Positions 44,383-52,882 of a stretch of 53,113 nt of DNA are shown here, one piece after another (within the stretch, counting starts at the first letter, position 1; the number at the start of each line of letters is the position of its first letter). The notes under the pieces were generated by a model. That model searched no databases. It was not told the DNA's origin and saw only the letters and a program-made list of their open reading frames with translations. Location: positions 1-53,113 of IMG/VR virus record IMGVR_UViG_3300045283_000190. One strand, 5' to 3'. The position numbers and the translations under genes were made by a program. The stretch is from a virus. Lineage: Duplodnaviria > Caudoviricetes.

Positions 44383-47300
44383 ATGGCTACAAAGGTCGAG
44401 GTTTACCCGCGGCCGGGGGAGACGTACCCGGACGCCGAGGGGGTGGCGATCACCTCTGCAGGCGCGATCGTCTGGGAGAGCAAGCACATCGAAGACGCGC
44501 TGCGCGATGGCTTCCTGCTCACCTTCGATCCGTACGGAGTGGGGCTCCCCGAGGACCGCACGGAAGGGCTCCCGCCGACCGAGGGAGCGCCGGGCAATGC
44601 GCCCTATGTGCTGGCGACCGCAGGCCCACCGGAGCTGACGGGCGCGCGAGTGCTGGCGGCGGGCGCAGGTGTCTCGATCACCGATAGCGGGGCAGGCGGC
44701 ACGCTCACGGTCAGCGCGACCGCGGCAAGCGGGGCGCCTGGCGATGCGCAGTACCTGGTCACAGCGACACACGCGGGCCTATCGGCCGAGCGGGTGCTGA
44801 CGGCAGGAGCGGGCATCACGCTCACTCCGTCCGCAGGGGCGCTCACGGTCTCGAGCTCGGTCACGGCGCCCACTGCGCCGGGGACTCCACCGCCGAACGT
44901 GGCGGCGGCGAGCTCGCTAGGCACGCCTGGGGCGTACGCCACGGCGCAGCACACACACGGTCATGGCGACCAGGCCGGCGGCAGCCTGCACGCGCTGGCG
45001 ACCACGACGGTGCCGGGCTTCGTCAGCGGCGCCGAGAAGGTCAAGATCAACGCGATCCCAGCGGCGGGCGCGGCGCCTGCCGATGCGGACTACATCGTGG
45101 GCACCGCGACGGGCGCGCTCACGAGTGAACGCGTGCTGACCGCAGGAGCAGGCATCTCGATCACGCCTGGCGCGGGCACCATGACGGTCGCGAGCACGGT
45201 GGCGGCCGGTGCGCCGACGGACGCTGAGTATCTCGTCAACGCGCTCAGTGGAGGGCTGAGTGCCGAGCGCGTGCTGACTGCTGGCGCGGGCGTGACGCTC
45301 ACGCCGGCAGCAGGAGCGCTCACGGTGGCGACTCCCAGCGCGGTGCAGGGACCGGCGACTGCCACGGACAACGCGGTTTCACGCTGGGACGGCACGACGG
45401 GCAAGCTCGTGCAGAGCTCGCTCGTCACCATCGACGACGCGGGCAACATCGCGACGCCGGGCACGGTCGACGGCGTGGACGTATCGAACCTCGCGACTGC
45501 GCTCGCGAACGTAGCTGTGCCTTCGTACGTGACGCTCGCGGCTACGCCGACGCTCGGCAATGAACGCATTCTGACCGCGGGCGCGGGCATCTCCCTCACG
45601 GACGGCGGGGCGGGCGGCCCGGTGACGATTGCGAGCACCGGCGGCGGCGGGGGTGCGCCGGCTGACGCTGAGTACCTCGTGAGCGCCGCGAGTGGTGGGC
45701 TCAGCGCGGAGCGGGTGCTGACGGCTGGTGCGGGCATCACGCTGACGCCAGGCGCTGGTGTGCTGACGATCGAGAGCACGGGCGGCGGTGGCGGCGGAGC
45801 GCCTACGGACGCGGAGTATCTGGTCAGCACCGCGAGCGCGGGCCTGTCGGCGGAGCGCGTCCTGACGGCAGGCGTCGGCGTCACGCTCACGCCTGGGGCC
45901 GGCACGCTCACGGTCGCGACGGTGAACGCGGTACAGAGCGTCACGCTGTCGACGGACAACGCGGTCACGCGCTGGGACGGAACGACCGGCAAGGTGGTCC
46001 AGAGCTCGAGTGCGACGCTCGATGATGCGGGGCTGCTGACGACGGCAGGGCTGAGTGTGGCGGGCGACATCGCGGTCACCGGCACGGTCGACGGCGTGGA
46101 CATCGCGGGTGCGAACTTCGCCTCGTACATGACGCTCGGGGCCAACACGAGTCTTCCCAACGAGCGCACTCTCCTCACGACGGGCGGTATCCTGGTCGCG
46201 GATGGCGGGCCGGGTGCGTCAGTGACGCTCAGTGCGCCGGGGCTGGCCGCGCCCTTCGTCACGCTCGCGTCGGACAGCAACCTGGCGAACGAGCGCGTCC
46301 TGACCGCGGGGGCGGGGATCACGCTCACCGATGGCGGCGCGGGCGGGACGGTCACGGTGGCAAGCACGGTCGCCGCGGGTGCTCCTACGGACGCTGAGTA
46401 TCTGGTGAGCGCTGCGAGTGGTGGGCTGTCTGCGGAGCGCGTGCTGACGGCTGGCGCGAACATCACGCTGACTCCGGGTGCAGGCACGCTCACGGTGGCG
46501 AGCACGGCGGGCGGAGGCGGCGCTCCGGTAGGCGCGCAGTACCTGACCCTCGCCACGGACGGGACGCTTACCAACGAGCGCGTACTGACTGCGGGCACGG
46601 GAGTGGCACTCACCGACGGCGGCGCGGGCGGGGCGCTTACGATCAGTCAGATCGGAGCGGGCTACAACCCGCAGAGCGGAGCGACCTACACGCTGCAGGT
46701 ATCGGACGCCGGCAAGCTCATCGGAATGTCCAACGGAACACCCACGACAGTCACCATCCCCACCGACGCCGTGGCGCTGTTTCCTGTCGGCAGCATCGTG
46801 TACGTGGTGCAGGGCGGGGGCCTGGTGACCATCGCGCCGGCGGGCGGCGTGAGCCTGTTTTCTCCGGGCTTCGCACCCGGGGGCGCCCGCACCCTGCGCG
46901 GGGTCTCGGCGGTCGGAATCTTGTTCAAGGCCGCGGCGAATGTGTGGTGGGTGTCCGGGGACCTGAGTCAAGTCGTCAGCACCCAGGGCGGCACGGCCTA
47001 CACCCCGGTGGCTGCGGATTTCGGGATCATCCTCAGCTTCAACAACGCGTCGCCGATCACGGTCACGGTGCCGACAAACGCGACCGCCATGTTCGCCATC
47101 GGGACCAAGCTCACGCTCGAGCAGACGGGCACGGGGCAAGTCTCGATCACGCCTGCGGGCGGCGTGACACTGAACGTGCCGATCGGCTTCGTTGCGAAGG
47201 CCCGAGCGCAGTTCAGCGAGATGGTGCTGACCAAGGTCGCCACGGACACGTGGGAACTGGCAGGCGACCTCGAGGGCGCCGCTGCGCTGCTGCTCAACAA

Positions 47301-47595
47301 CCAGACGGGCACCGCCTACACGCTGGTCCTCGCGGACGCGCCCAAGTGCGTGACCATGAACAACGCCGCGGCGAACACGCTCACGATCCCCGCGAACGCA
47401 AGCGTAGCCTTCCCCGTCGGCACCGTGGTCACGGTGATGCAGCTGGGCGTGGGGCAGACGACCATCGCCATCACGACCGACACGCTCAACAACCCCGCGC
47501 TGACAGCGAAGCTACGCGCGCGCTACAGCGTGGCGAGCCTCACGAAGATCACGGCGACCTCGTGGGTGCTGTCTGGCGATCTGGCGGCTTCCTGA
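44383..47595 (+). CDS. Long tail fibre 2
   Basis: 1070 aa; about 10 DAEYLV....GLSAERVLTAGAGITLT repeats and three C-terminal Q.G..YT...D....T.P.....F..G...W...GDL domains. Confidence 0.82.
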   Translation: MATKVEVYPRPGETYPDAEGVAITSAGAIVWESKHIEDALRDGFLLTFDPYGVGLPEDRTEGLPPTEGAPGNAPYVLATAGPPELTGARVLAAGAGVSITDSGAGGTLTVSATAASGAPGDAQYLVTATHAGLSAERVLTAGAGITLTPSAGALTVSSSVTAPTAPGTPPPNVAAASSLGTPGAYATAQHTHGHGDQAGGSLHALATTTVPGFVSGAEKVKINAIPAAGAAPADADYIVGTATGALTSERVLTAGAGISITPGAGTMTVASTVAAGAPTDAEYLVNALSGGLSAERVLTAGAGVTLTPAAGALTVATPSAVQGPATATDNAVSRWDGTTGKLVQSSLVTIDDAGNIATPGTVDGVDVSNLATALANVAVPSYVTLAATPTLGNERILTAGAGISLTDGGAGGPVTIASTGGGGGAPADAEYLVSAASGGLSAERVLTAGAGITLTPGAGVLTIESTGGGGGGAPTDAEYLVSTASAGLSAERVLTAGVGVTLTPGAGTLTVATVNAVQSVTLSTDNAVTRWDGTTGKVVQSSSATLDDAGLLTTAGLSVAGDIAVTGTVDGVDIAGANFASYMTLGANTSLPNERTLLTTGGILVADGGPGASVTLSAPGLAAPFVTLASDSNLANERVLTAGAGITLTDGGAGGTVTVASTVAAGAPTDAEYLVSAASGGLSAERVLTAGANITLTPGAGTLTVASTAGGGGAPVGAQYLTLATDGTLTNERVLTAGTGVALTDGGAGGALTISQIGAGYNPQSGATYTLQVSDAGKLIGMSNGTPTTVTIPTDAVALFPVGSIVYVVQGGGLVTIAPAGGVSLFSPGFAPGGARTLRGVSAVGILFKAAANVWWVSGDLSQVVSTQGGTAYTPVAADFGIILSFNNASPITVTVPTNATAMFAIGTKLTLEQTGTGQVSITPAGGVTLNVPIGFVAKARAQFSEMVLTKVATDTWELAGDLEGAAALLLNNQTGTAYTLVLADAPKCVTMNNAAANTLTIPANASVAFPVGTVVTVMQLGVGQTTIAITTDTLNNPALTAKLRARYSVASLTKITATSWVLSGDLAAS

Positions 47596-48515
47596 TGGAC
47601 CTACAGCAGCCATCGCTACGCAAGTTCGCGCCAGCGCATCGCGCGGACCTCGAGCGCATCTTCGATCTCGCAAACACGCTGCGCACGGACGAGACGGTCG
47701 AGCGCGTGGTCGACTCGTGGGCGCGGCGCTACCAGCTACAGCCGTCGCCAGGTCAGAAGCTAATGATGGCGCAGCCGCTGGGCCTTGCGGCGCAGTTTCG
47801 CGCGCTGTTCAGAGAGGACACGGGCAAGGACTCGTGGTTCGACGCGGACGCGGTCACCAGCGACGGCGGCACGAAGCTTTACTCGTGGAACGACCGCATC
47901 GACGCAACGCATGTGCTCTATCAGGCGACCAGCGGCGCGCAGTGCAACTTGCCCGCCGCAGACGCGAGCTTCGCGAACGCCAAGGCGGCCGTGTTCAACG
48001 GCAGCTCGCACTTGTACGTCAGCACGCGCGCAGCGAGCGCGTTCACCTTTCTGCACGATGGCACCGGAATGGAAGTCGTGGGGGTGTTCAACATCGACAA
48101 CACGGCAAACATGGTGCTGTGGTCCACCTGGCCGAACGCCTCCGCGGGGGGCGGCTGGCATTACGTCAACTTGACGCACTGGGAGGTACGCTTGGTCAGC
48201 GCAGACGCGATCCTCGACTGCGGCTTGATGCCGGCCAACGTGGGCACCTACAGCGCGGTTTCGTTTACGACCGCGGACTCGCCGCAGATGCGCGGATACC
48301 GCAAGAGCGCGCAGGTCGGCACGACAGCGGCAGGGGGGCCGTACGCAACCGCTCCTGTCATCACGCTGCGCATAGGCAACCTCGGACCGGGTATCACGGC
48401 AGGCATGTTCGCGGGTCGCTTGCGCGCGCTCTACCTCTTCCGCCGCGTGCTGAACGCCGCCGAGAAGACGACCTACCGAAGCTTTATCCAGGCCGACACG
48501 GGGATTGCCCCCTAG
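47595..48515 (+). CDS. LamG/ConA-like lectin-fold virion protein
   Basis: WFDAD.......W.D, F.FLHDGTG, IGN...F.G.L..L..F.R.L...E. Confidence 0.65.
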   Translation: MDLQQPSLRKFAPAHRADLERIFDLANTLRTDETVERVVDSWARRYQLQPSPGQKLMMAQPLGLAAQFRALFREDTGKDSWFDADAVTSDGGTKLYSWNDRIDATHVLYQATSGAQCNLPAADASFANAKAAVFNGSSHLYVSTRAASAFTFLHDGTGMEVVGVFNIDNTANMVLWSTWPNASAGGGWHYVNLTHWEVRLVSADAILDCGLMPANVGTYSAVSFTTADSPQMRGYRKSAQVGTTAAGGPYATAPVITLRIGNLGPGITAGMFAGRLRALYLFRRVLNAAEKTTYRSFIQADTGIAP

Positions 48516-48530
48516 CGAGAAGAGTCAGTC

Positions 48531-48977
48531 ATGGCGATGCGTTATTACCTCGGAACCATGGACGCGCTCACCAAGGTCTGGCGCGCGCTCGACCAGCTCG
48601 GCGGCTTCCCCAAGCCCACCGCGATGCCAAGCCCCCCGCGACCCGCAGTCTGGTACGAGGGCGCCATCGGGTGGACGGGGCACCTGACCATCGCGCCGGT
48701 CGAGGTGGTGGCGCCTGACGGGCTGCTCTACCTGGTCGAGGGCGATCCGTACCTCGAGCCGCTGCTCGGGCAGTCGACGGACATCGACGGCGAGACGATC
48801 ACCATCCCCACCGCTGCGGAGCTCTTGTACCGCGAGCAGCTGCCCCCGGAGTACCAGGAGTGGCTCGATGCGCAGGAGCCACCACCCCCCGAGCCTCCCG
48901 TCGTGGACGAGCTCGCACGCACACGCGCGGCCCTGCTCCTGGTGCTGCAGGCGATGGTCGTGCTCGTCCAGCGCTAG
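48531..48977 (+). CDS. Hypothetical protein (fibre-associated?)
   Basis: Last ORF of the late operon; hydrophobic C-terminus. Confidence 0.5.
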   Translation: MAMRYYLGTMDALTKVWRALDQLGGFPKPTAMPSPPRPAVWYEGAIGWTGHLTIAPVEVVAPDGLLYLVEGDPYLEPLLGQSTDIDGETITIPTAAELLYREQLPPEYQEWLDAQEPPPPEPPVVDELARTRAALLLVLQAMVVLVQR

Positions 48978-49423
48978 CCCTGCTCGAGACTGACGCGAGC
49001 TCGACCGAACAGCCCCATCCGCAGCATCGCCTCGCGGATCAGCACAGCGCGCGCAAACCCCGTGCGGTGGACGTGCGCGTCCACGAGGCTGCGCTCCTCG
49101 GCAGTCAGCCGGATGGTGACATTGACGCTCGCGTGGTCTTCGCCCTGCGGCTTGCGCGTGGTCTTGTCCGTGCGCTCGTCCCACCGCAGCGCACCTTGGA
49201 TCGCCACGGCGAAGGGGCGCATCGCGAAGAGGCCCATCCGCAGCATCGCCTCGCGGATGAGCACGGAGCGGGCTGCTTTGAGGCGCTGGACGTGACCGTC
49301 GACGAGCTCTGCCTCATCCTCGGTCAGCCGGACAGTGAGGCTTATGCTCGTGCGGCTGGTGGCGACCGCAGAGCGGGTGTTACGCGGAGGGCGGCCATAG
49401 GCGCGGACGGCTTGGGTCATCAT
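48974..49423 (-). CDS. Tandem (two-domain) RHH DNA-binding protein
   Basis: Two copies of .T.RLT..E..LVD.HV......R.VLIREAMLRMGLF. Confidence 0.75.
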   Translation of the reverse strand: MMTQAVRAYGRPPRNTRSAVATSRTSISLTVRLTEDEAELVDGHVQRLKAARSVLIREAMLRMGLFAMRPFAVAIQGALRWDERTDKTTRKPQGEDHASVNVTIRLTAEERSLVDAHVHRTGFARAVLIREAMLRMGLFGRARVSLEQG

Positions 49424-49479
49424 GGCGTGGTAATCCAGCACGGGCGCAATCGCAACCCGCATGTGCGTTGCTTGTGGGT

Positions 49480-49686
49480 CTACTTGTGCACGGCGGTCAC
49501 GTCGATGCGGATGCGGTAGCGGCCGGGCTTCTGGCCCTTGGCGGTCTGGCGCAGGTGGCGGCCGACTGCTTCGTGTGCAGCGAGCGGCCTGATCGGAGTC
49601 GCGCTCTCCCAGCTGATCGCGCCATCGGCATCGATGACGGCGGTCAGGTCGTAGAACTTCGGGGCGCTGGTGGTCGTGGTCGTCAT
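49480..49686 (-). CDS. Small hypothetical protein
   Basis: 68 aa ORF upstream of the tandem RHH. Confidence 0.5.
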   Translation of the reverse strand: MTTTTTSAPKFYDLTAVIDADGAISWESATPIRPLAAHEAVGRHLRQTAKGQKPGRYRIRIDVTAVHK

Positions 49687-49745
49687 GGGGGGCTCTCTTT
49701 CTCGTCAGCGGCTCCGTGCCGCTGGGGAGGGGAACACTGATTCAA

Positions 49746-49778
49746 GCAACCCACCATTGAAAGACCAAAGTGGGTTGC
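49746..49778. promoter_or_regulatory. Inverted repeat in the divergent promoter region
   Basis: GCAACCCAC-N15-GTGGGTTGC, perfect 9-bp arms. Confidence 0.5.
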
Positions 49779-49809
49779 ATACTGGTTCGGCTCTGTTAGG
49801 TTCCCGGCC

Positions 49810-50634
49810 ATGACTCAGTTCTTTCTCGGTGCCCACCGCCCTCACTGGCTCAGCCTCTCGGCCGCTCCCCTGTTCGTGTCGGACGCGACCCTGCGCGTTC
49901 GCGGCAAGGACTACGCAGGCAAGCTCGAGCACCGCGCGATTGCGCCGTGGGGCCTCGACTCGGGGGCTTTCTCGGAGGTCAGCAAGCACGGTCAGCACCT
50001 GACCTCGGCGAGCTCGTACGCGGCGCGGGTGCGGCGCTACCACAGCGAGATCGGACAGCTCGCGTTTGCCTCGGTCCAGGATTGGATGTGCGAGGAGGTC
50101 GTGCTCAAGCGCACGGGGTTGACCGTCCGCGAGCACCAGCGCCGCACGGTCAGGAGCTACCTCGAGTTGTGCGAGCTCGCGCCTGAGCTGCCGTGGATGC
50201 CGGTTCTGCAGGGCTGGGGGCAGGGCGACCACATGGACCACCTCGAGATGTACGACGCGGCCGGCGTCGACCTGCGCAAGCTCCCGCGCGTCGGGGTGGG
50301 CTCGGTGTGCCGGCGGCAGGGGCAGGTTCGGATCTCACTGATGCTCGGCGAGCTGCAGCGCGAGGGGCTGCAGCTGCACGGCTTCGGCGTGAAGGCGGAC
50401 GGCATCGCGCTCGCGCTCGAGCACATGACGAGCTGCGACTCGATGGCGTGGTCGCAGCACGAGCGCAAGGAGCACCGCCAGAAGCTCATCCAGGACCCGA
50501 CGCTGCCCAAGACTGGCAAGCAGAACGACCTCGGCGCCGCGCTCGACTGGCTCGGGAACACGGTCGACGCGACCATCGCTCGCGCCAGGCGCGCAGTCAC
50601 CAGCGACAAAGCCATCGTGCGGGCTGCAGCGTGA
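49810..50634 (+). CDS. DpdA-like / TGT-fold deazaguanine transglycosylase (DUF7221-like)
   Basis: FFLG.H.PHWL, W.LDSG.FSE, QDWMCE, MPVLQGW, VGVGSVCRR, LHGFGVK, S.DSMAWS. Confidence 0.82.
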   Translation: MTQFFLGAHRPHWLSLSAAPLFVSDATLRVRGKDYAGKLEHRAIAPWGLDSGAFSEVSKHGQHLTSASSYAARVRRYHSEIGQLAFASVQDWMCEEVVLKRTGLTVREHQRRTVRSYLELCELAPELPWMPVLQGWGQGDHMDHLEMYDAAGVDLRKLPRVGVGSVCRRQGQVRISLMLGELQREGLQLHGFGVKADGIALALEHMTSCDSMAWSQHERKEHRQKLIQDPTLPKTGKQNDLGAALDWLGNTVDATIARARRAVTSDKAIVRAAA

Positions 50635-50894
50635 CCTTGCCTCTCGCGGAACTGCCACGCCTCACGCCGGCCGAGGCGAGGATGCTGCGCATCTGCAGCA
50701 GCTACGGCAGCACCTGGGACTGGGGCGACGTGCAGATGCTGCTGTTCGACGGTGCCCCGGCGGCGCTACAGCGGGCCGCGTTCATGCGGCGCGGGGAAGC
50801 GCTTATCGCCAAGGGCGTGATCAGCGGACCGCCGAACGACGCCTACGGTGAGATCACCGAGCTCGGCCTCACCTGGCTCGACCACGCGCACTAG
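50631..50894 (+). CDS. Small winged-helix-like protein
   Basis: GTGA-coupled to the dpdA-like gene; LT..E..ML ... L..KG.I ... IT..G..WL. Confidence 0.5.
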   Translation: MTLPLAELPRLTPAEARMLRICSSYGSTWDWGDVQMLLFDGAPAALQRAAFMRRGEALIAKGVISGPPNDAYGEITELGLTWLDHAH

Positions 50895-50934
50895 GCGCGC
50901 TTGCCGGGCTGGTCGCCCTGGTCGAGTGTGCGGA

Positions 50935-51020
50935 CTAGGCGCTGCCGGCCTAGCTGGTGGCCTGCCGGTGGCCTGGTGGTGGACTAGTTGGGCGCCACCA
51001 GGCCACCACTAGGCCACCAG
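50935..51020. repeat. Nested inverted repeats between convergent genes (candidate plasmid origin or terminator)
   Basis: CTAGGC-N7-GCCTAG at 50935-50953; perfect arm pairs 50954-50963/51011-51020 and 50967-50979/50995-51007. Confidence 0.7.
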
Positions 51021-51044
51021 GCGAGATCGGGGCCGCGCGCCGGT

Positions 51045-52487
51045 CTAGTCGTCAGGCACCCGGAACAGCGCGCGGTTCGTGCGTGGCACGCCGGCGGGCA
51101 TCTCGCGCGGACCGGCGAGCGCGCGAGGCGGCGGCATACGCGCTGCCTCAGCGACAGGGCACACGGGCGGGGGGGCGAGCTGTGTGCCCCCCAGCTGCGC
51201 AGGCTCGCCCGTGCGGCAGCTGGCGATCGTGCGCTCGACCCCCTGGTGAGCTCGGTCCTGGCGCTCGAGCGCTTCGAGCGCGGCGCGCGCGCGGGCGCTC
51301 ACCTCGACCGCCTGCTCGCGGAGCTCGGCAGCCTCCTCCCAGGCTTGTCGCTGCTCCGCAGCCTCGCGGGCATTCTGCAGACGTCCCATCGCGGACCAGC
51401 CCGACCCGAGCGAGTTGGGCCGGCGGAGCTCGCCCCGGATCGCCACGCGCAGCAGCCCCCGGTAGTAGCCCCCGGCGGAGCGGGCGATCTGCGAGGCCGG
51501 CTTCGCGGCCAGGGCCTCGAGCGCTTCGAGCGCGGCGCGCGGGTGCGCGCGGGCCTCGGGGCTGCGCAGGACCTCGGCGACGTCCACGCCGGCATCAGGG
51601 CCATGCTCGCGGAGCACCTTGGCCAGCAGCGCCGGGGGAGGCTCGACCGCGAGGGGCTGGCACTTGGCCAGCTGCCGGCGCGGGCCGTCCAGTTCCATGA
51701 TCCGCGCATCGTCGGGGTCGACGATCACAGCGATGCTCGTGCCGGGCTCAGGATGGGCTGTCCCGGCGTCGAGGACAGCCCTAGAAGGCGCTGGGGATGG
51801 GGCGATCGGGTGCGGGACGGGTTCGCTCCCTCCCAAGCTTCTGGGGGCTTCTGGGTGCGCTGCGGGGGGCACTTCCGGTTTTGCCGGCTCGATTGAGGCG
51901 AGTGCAACGGGTGCAACGCTCTCAACGCTCGGAACAGGTGCAACGCAGGGAGCAGCAGCAGCTGGCGGCACGACCTCGCACGCGGGTGCGGGTGGGCGCT
52001 CGGGTGGGCGCGCGCTCTGCTGCTTTTCTTTCTTAAATCTCGAGTAATAGGAGGGACCGGCAGCGGCGCCGGTCCGACCGGCAGGGATTGGCGTAACTCC
52101 GCGTAACTCCGCGAGCGCCTCCCGAATCTTCGCGAAGTTCACGAACGTCGCGTTGGTGCCCTGGCGATCGACGGTGAACACGTAGCCCGCGCGCTCGAGC
52201 TCGCGGATGTGGTCGCGGACGGTGCGCTCGCTTCGGTCGCCGATGAGCCGAGCTAGCGTCGTTTGCCGCGCGCAGCAGTAGCCGAGGGGCTTGCTCGCTT
52301 CGTAAGCGACGGCGGCCAAGAGGTCGCGCGCGATCTTCGACCCCAGGCCCGGCGCTCCCCTGAGCCATGCCGATAGCTCTCGGATCGCCGGCATCGCGAA
52401 GCCGTCGTGCGACGCGTCCTCGTAGGCCCACGCGGGACGACCCTCGGGGGCCTGCTCGGTGTCGCGCTTCCTCGCGGGCTCACCCAT
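51045..52487 (-). CDS. Replication initiator-like protein with N-terminal winged HTH
   Basis: C.ARQ.TLA..IG..SERTVR.HI.EL...GY., Pro/Ala linker, C-terminal IA.SA.GYY...LR; divergent from parA. Confidence 0.68.
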   Translation of the reverse strand: MGEPARKRDTEQAPEGRPAWAYEDASHDGFAMPAIRELSAWLRGAPGLGSKIARDLLAAVAYEASKPLGYCCARQTTLARLIGDRSERTVRDHIRELERAGYVFTVDRQGTNATFVNFAKIREALAELRGVTPIPAGRTGAAAGPSYYSRFKKEKQQSARPPERPPAPACEVVPPAAAAPCVAPVPSVESVAPVALASIEPAKPEVPPAAHPEAPRSLGGSEPVPHPIAPSPAPSRAVLDAGTAHPEPGTSIAVIVDPDDARIMELDGPRRQLAKCQPLAVEPPPALLAKVLREHGPDAGVDVAEVLRSPEARAHPRAALEALEALAAKPASQIARSAGGYYRGLLRVAIRGELRRPNSLGSGWSAMGRLQNAREAAEQRQAWEEAAELREQAVEVSARARAALEALERQDRAHQGVERTIASCRTGEPAQLGGTQLAPPPVCPVAEAARMPPPRALAGPREMPAGVPRTNRALFRVPDD

Positions 52488-52801
52488 GGCAACCCCCTAC
52501 GAGCGCGAGGGTTGGCCCCATCGGACTATACACGCGGGGACTACTTTCCCTTTGCCGGGCCTGGGGGGGACTGATAGCGTTCTGGGGCTCGGGCAATGGC
52601 CCGGTGCACATGGAATGCGGCACTGGTGGTGCCCCTTCCTAGAGCGGCTCTGGAGGCTGGAATCTCCTTTGCCGCTCGTGTTCTTTAAGGTCTGTGGTTC
52701 AGCGGGTCTCGCGCTTCGATGCGCTTGTGGCCTTAGCTGTACGCCGGATCACGGGTGCTGCGCAAGTGCGTAAATCCGCAAAGGTATTTGCACTTCTGCG
52801 T

Positions 52802-52872
52802 TGCCGTCACTGCTGTCATTGACGGCAATCGTGTCATTGACTACGATGACGGCACTGACGGCACTGACGAAA
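52802..52872. repeat. Eight 9-bp-spaced TGACGGCA-type repeats (mixed orientation), parS-like array 1
   Basis: TGCCGTCA c TGCTGTCA t TGACGGCA a TCGTGTCA t TGACTACG a TGACGGCA c TGACGGCA c TGACGAAA. Confidence 0.8.
52819..52847 (+). promoter_or_regulatory. Sigma70-like par promoter embedded in the repeat array
   Basis: TTGACG-17 bp-TACGAT. Confidence 0.72.
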
Positions 52873-52882
52873 GGCTGGGGGC

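Noticed and set aside
42918-47595. Diversity-generating retroelement or invertible fibre cassette
   Set aside because: No reverse transcriptase or invertase. The repeats are direct, and their differences are not adenine-specific.
50954-51020. Protelomerase (telRL) site of a linear plasmid prophage
   Set aside because: The palindrome is interrupted and no protelomerase gene was recognised.
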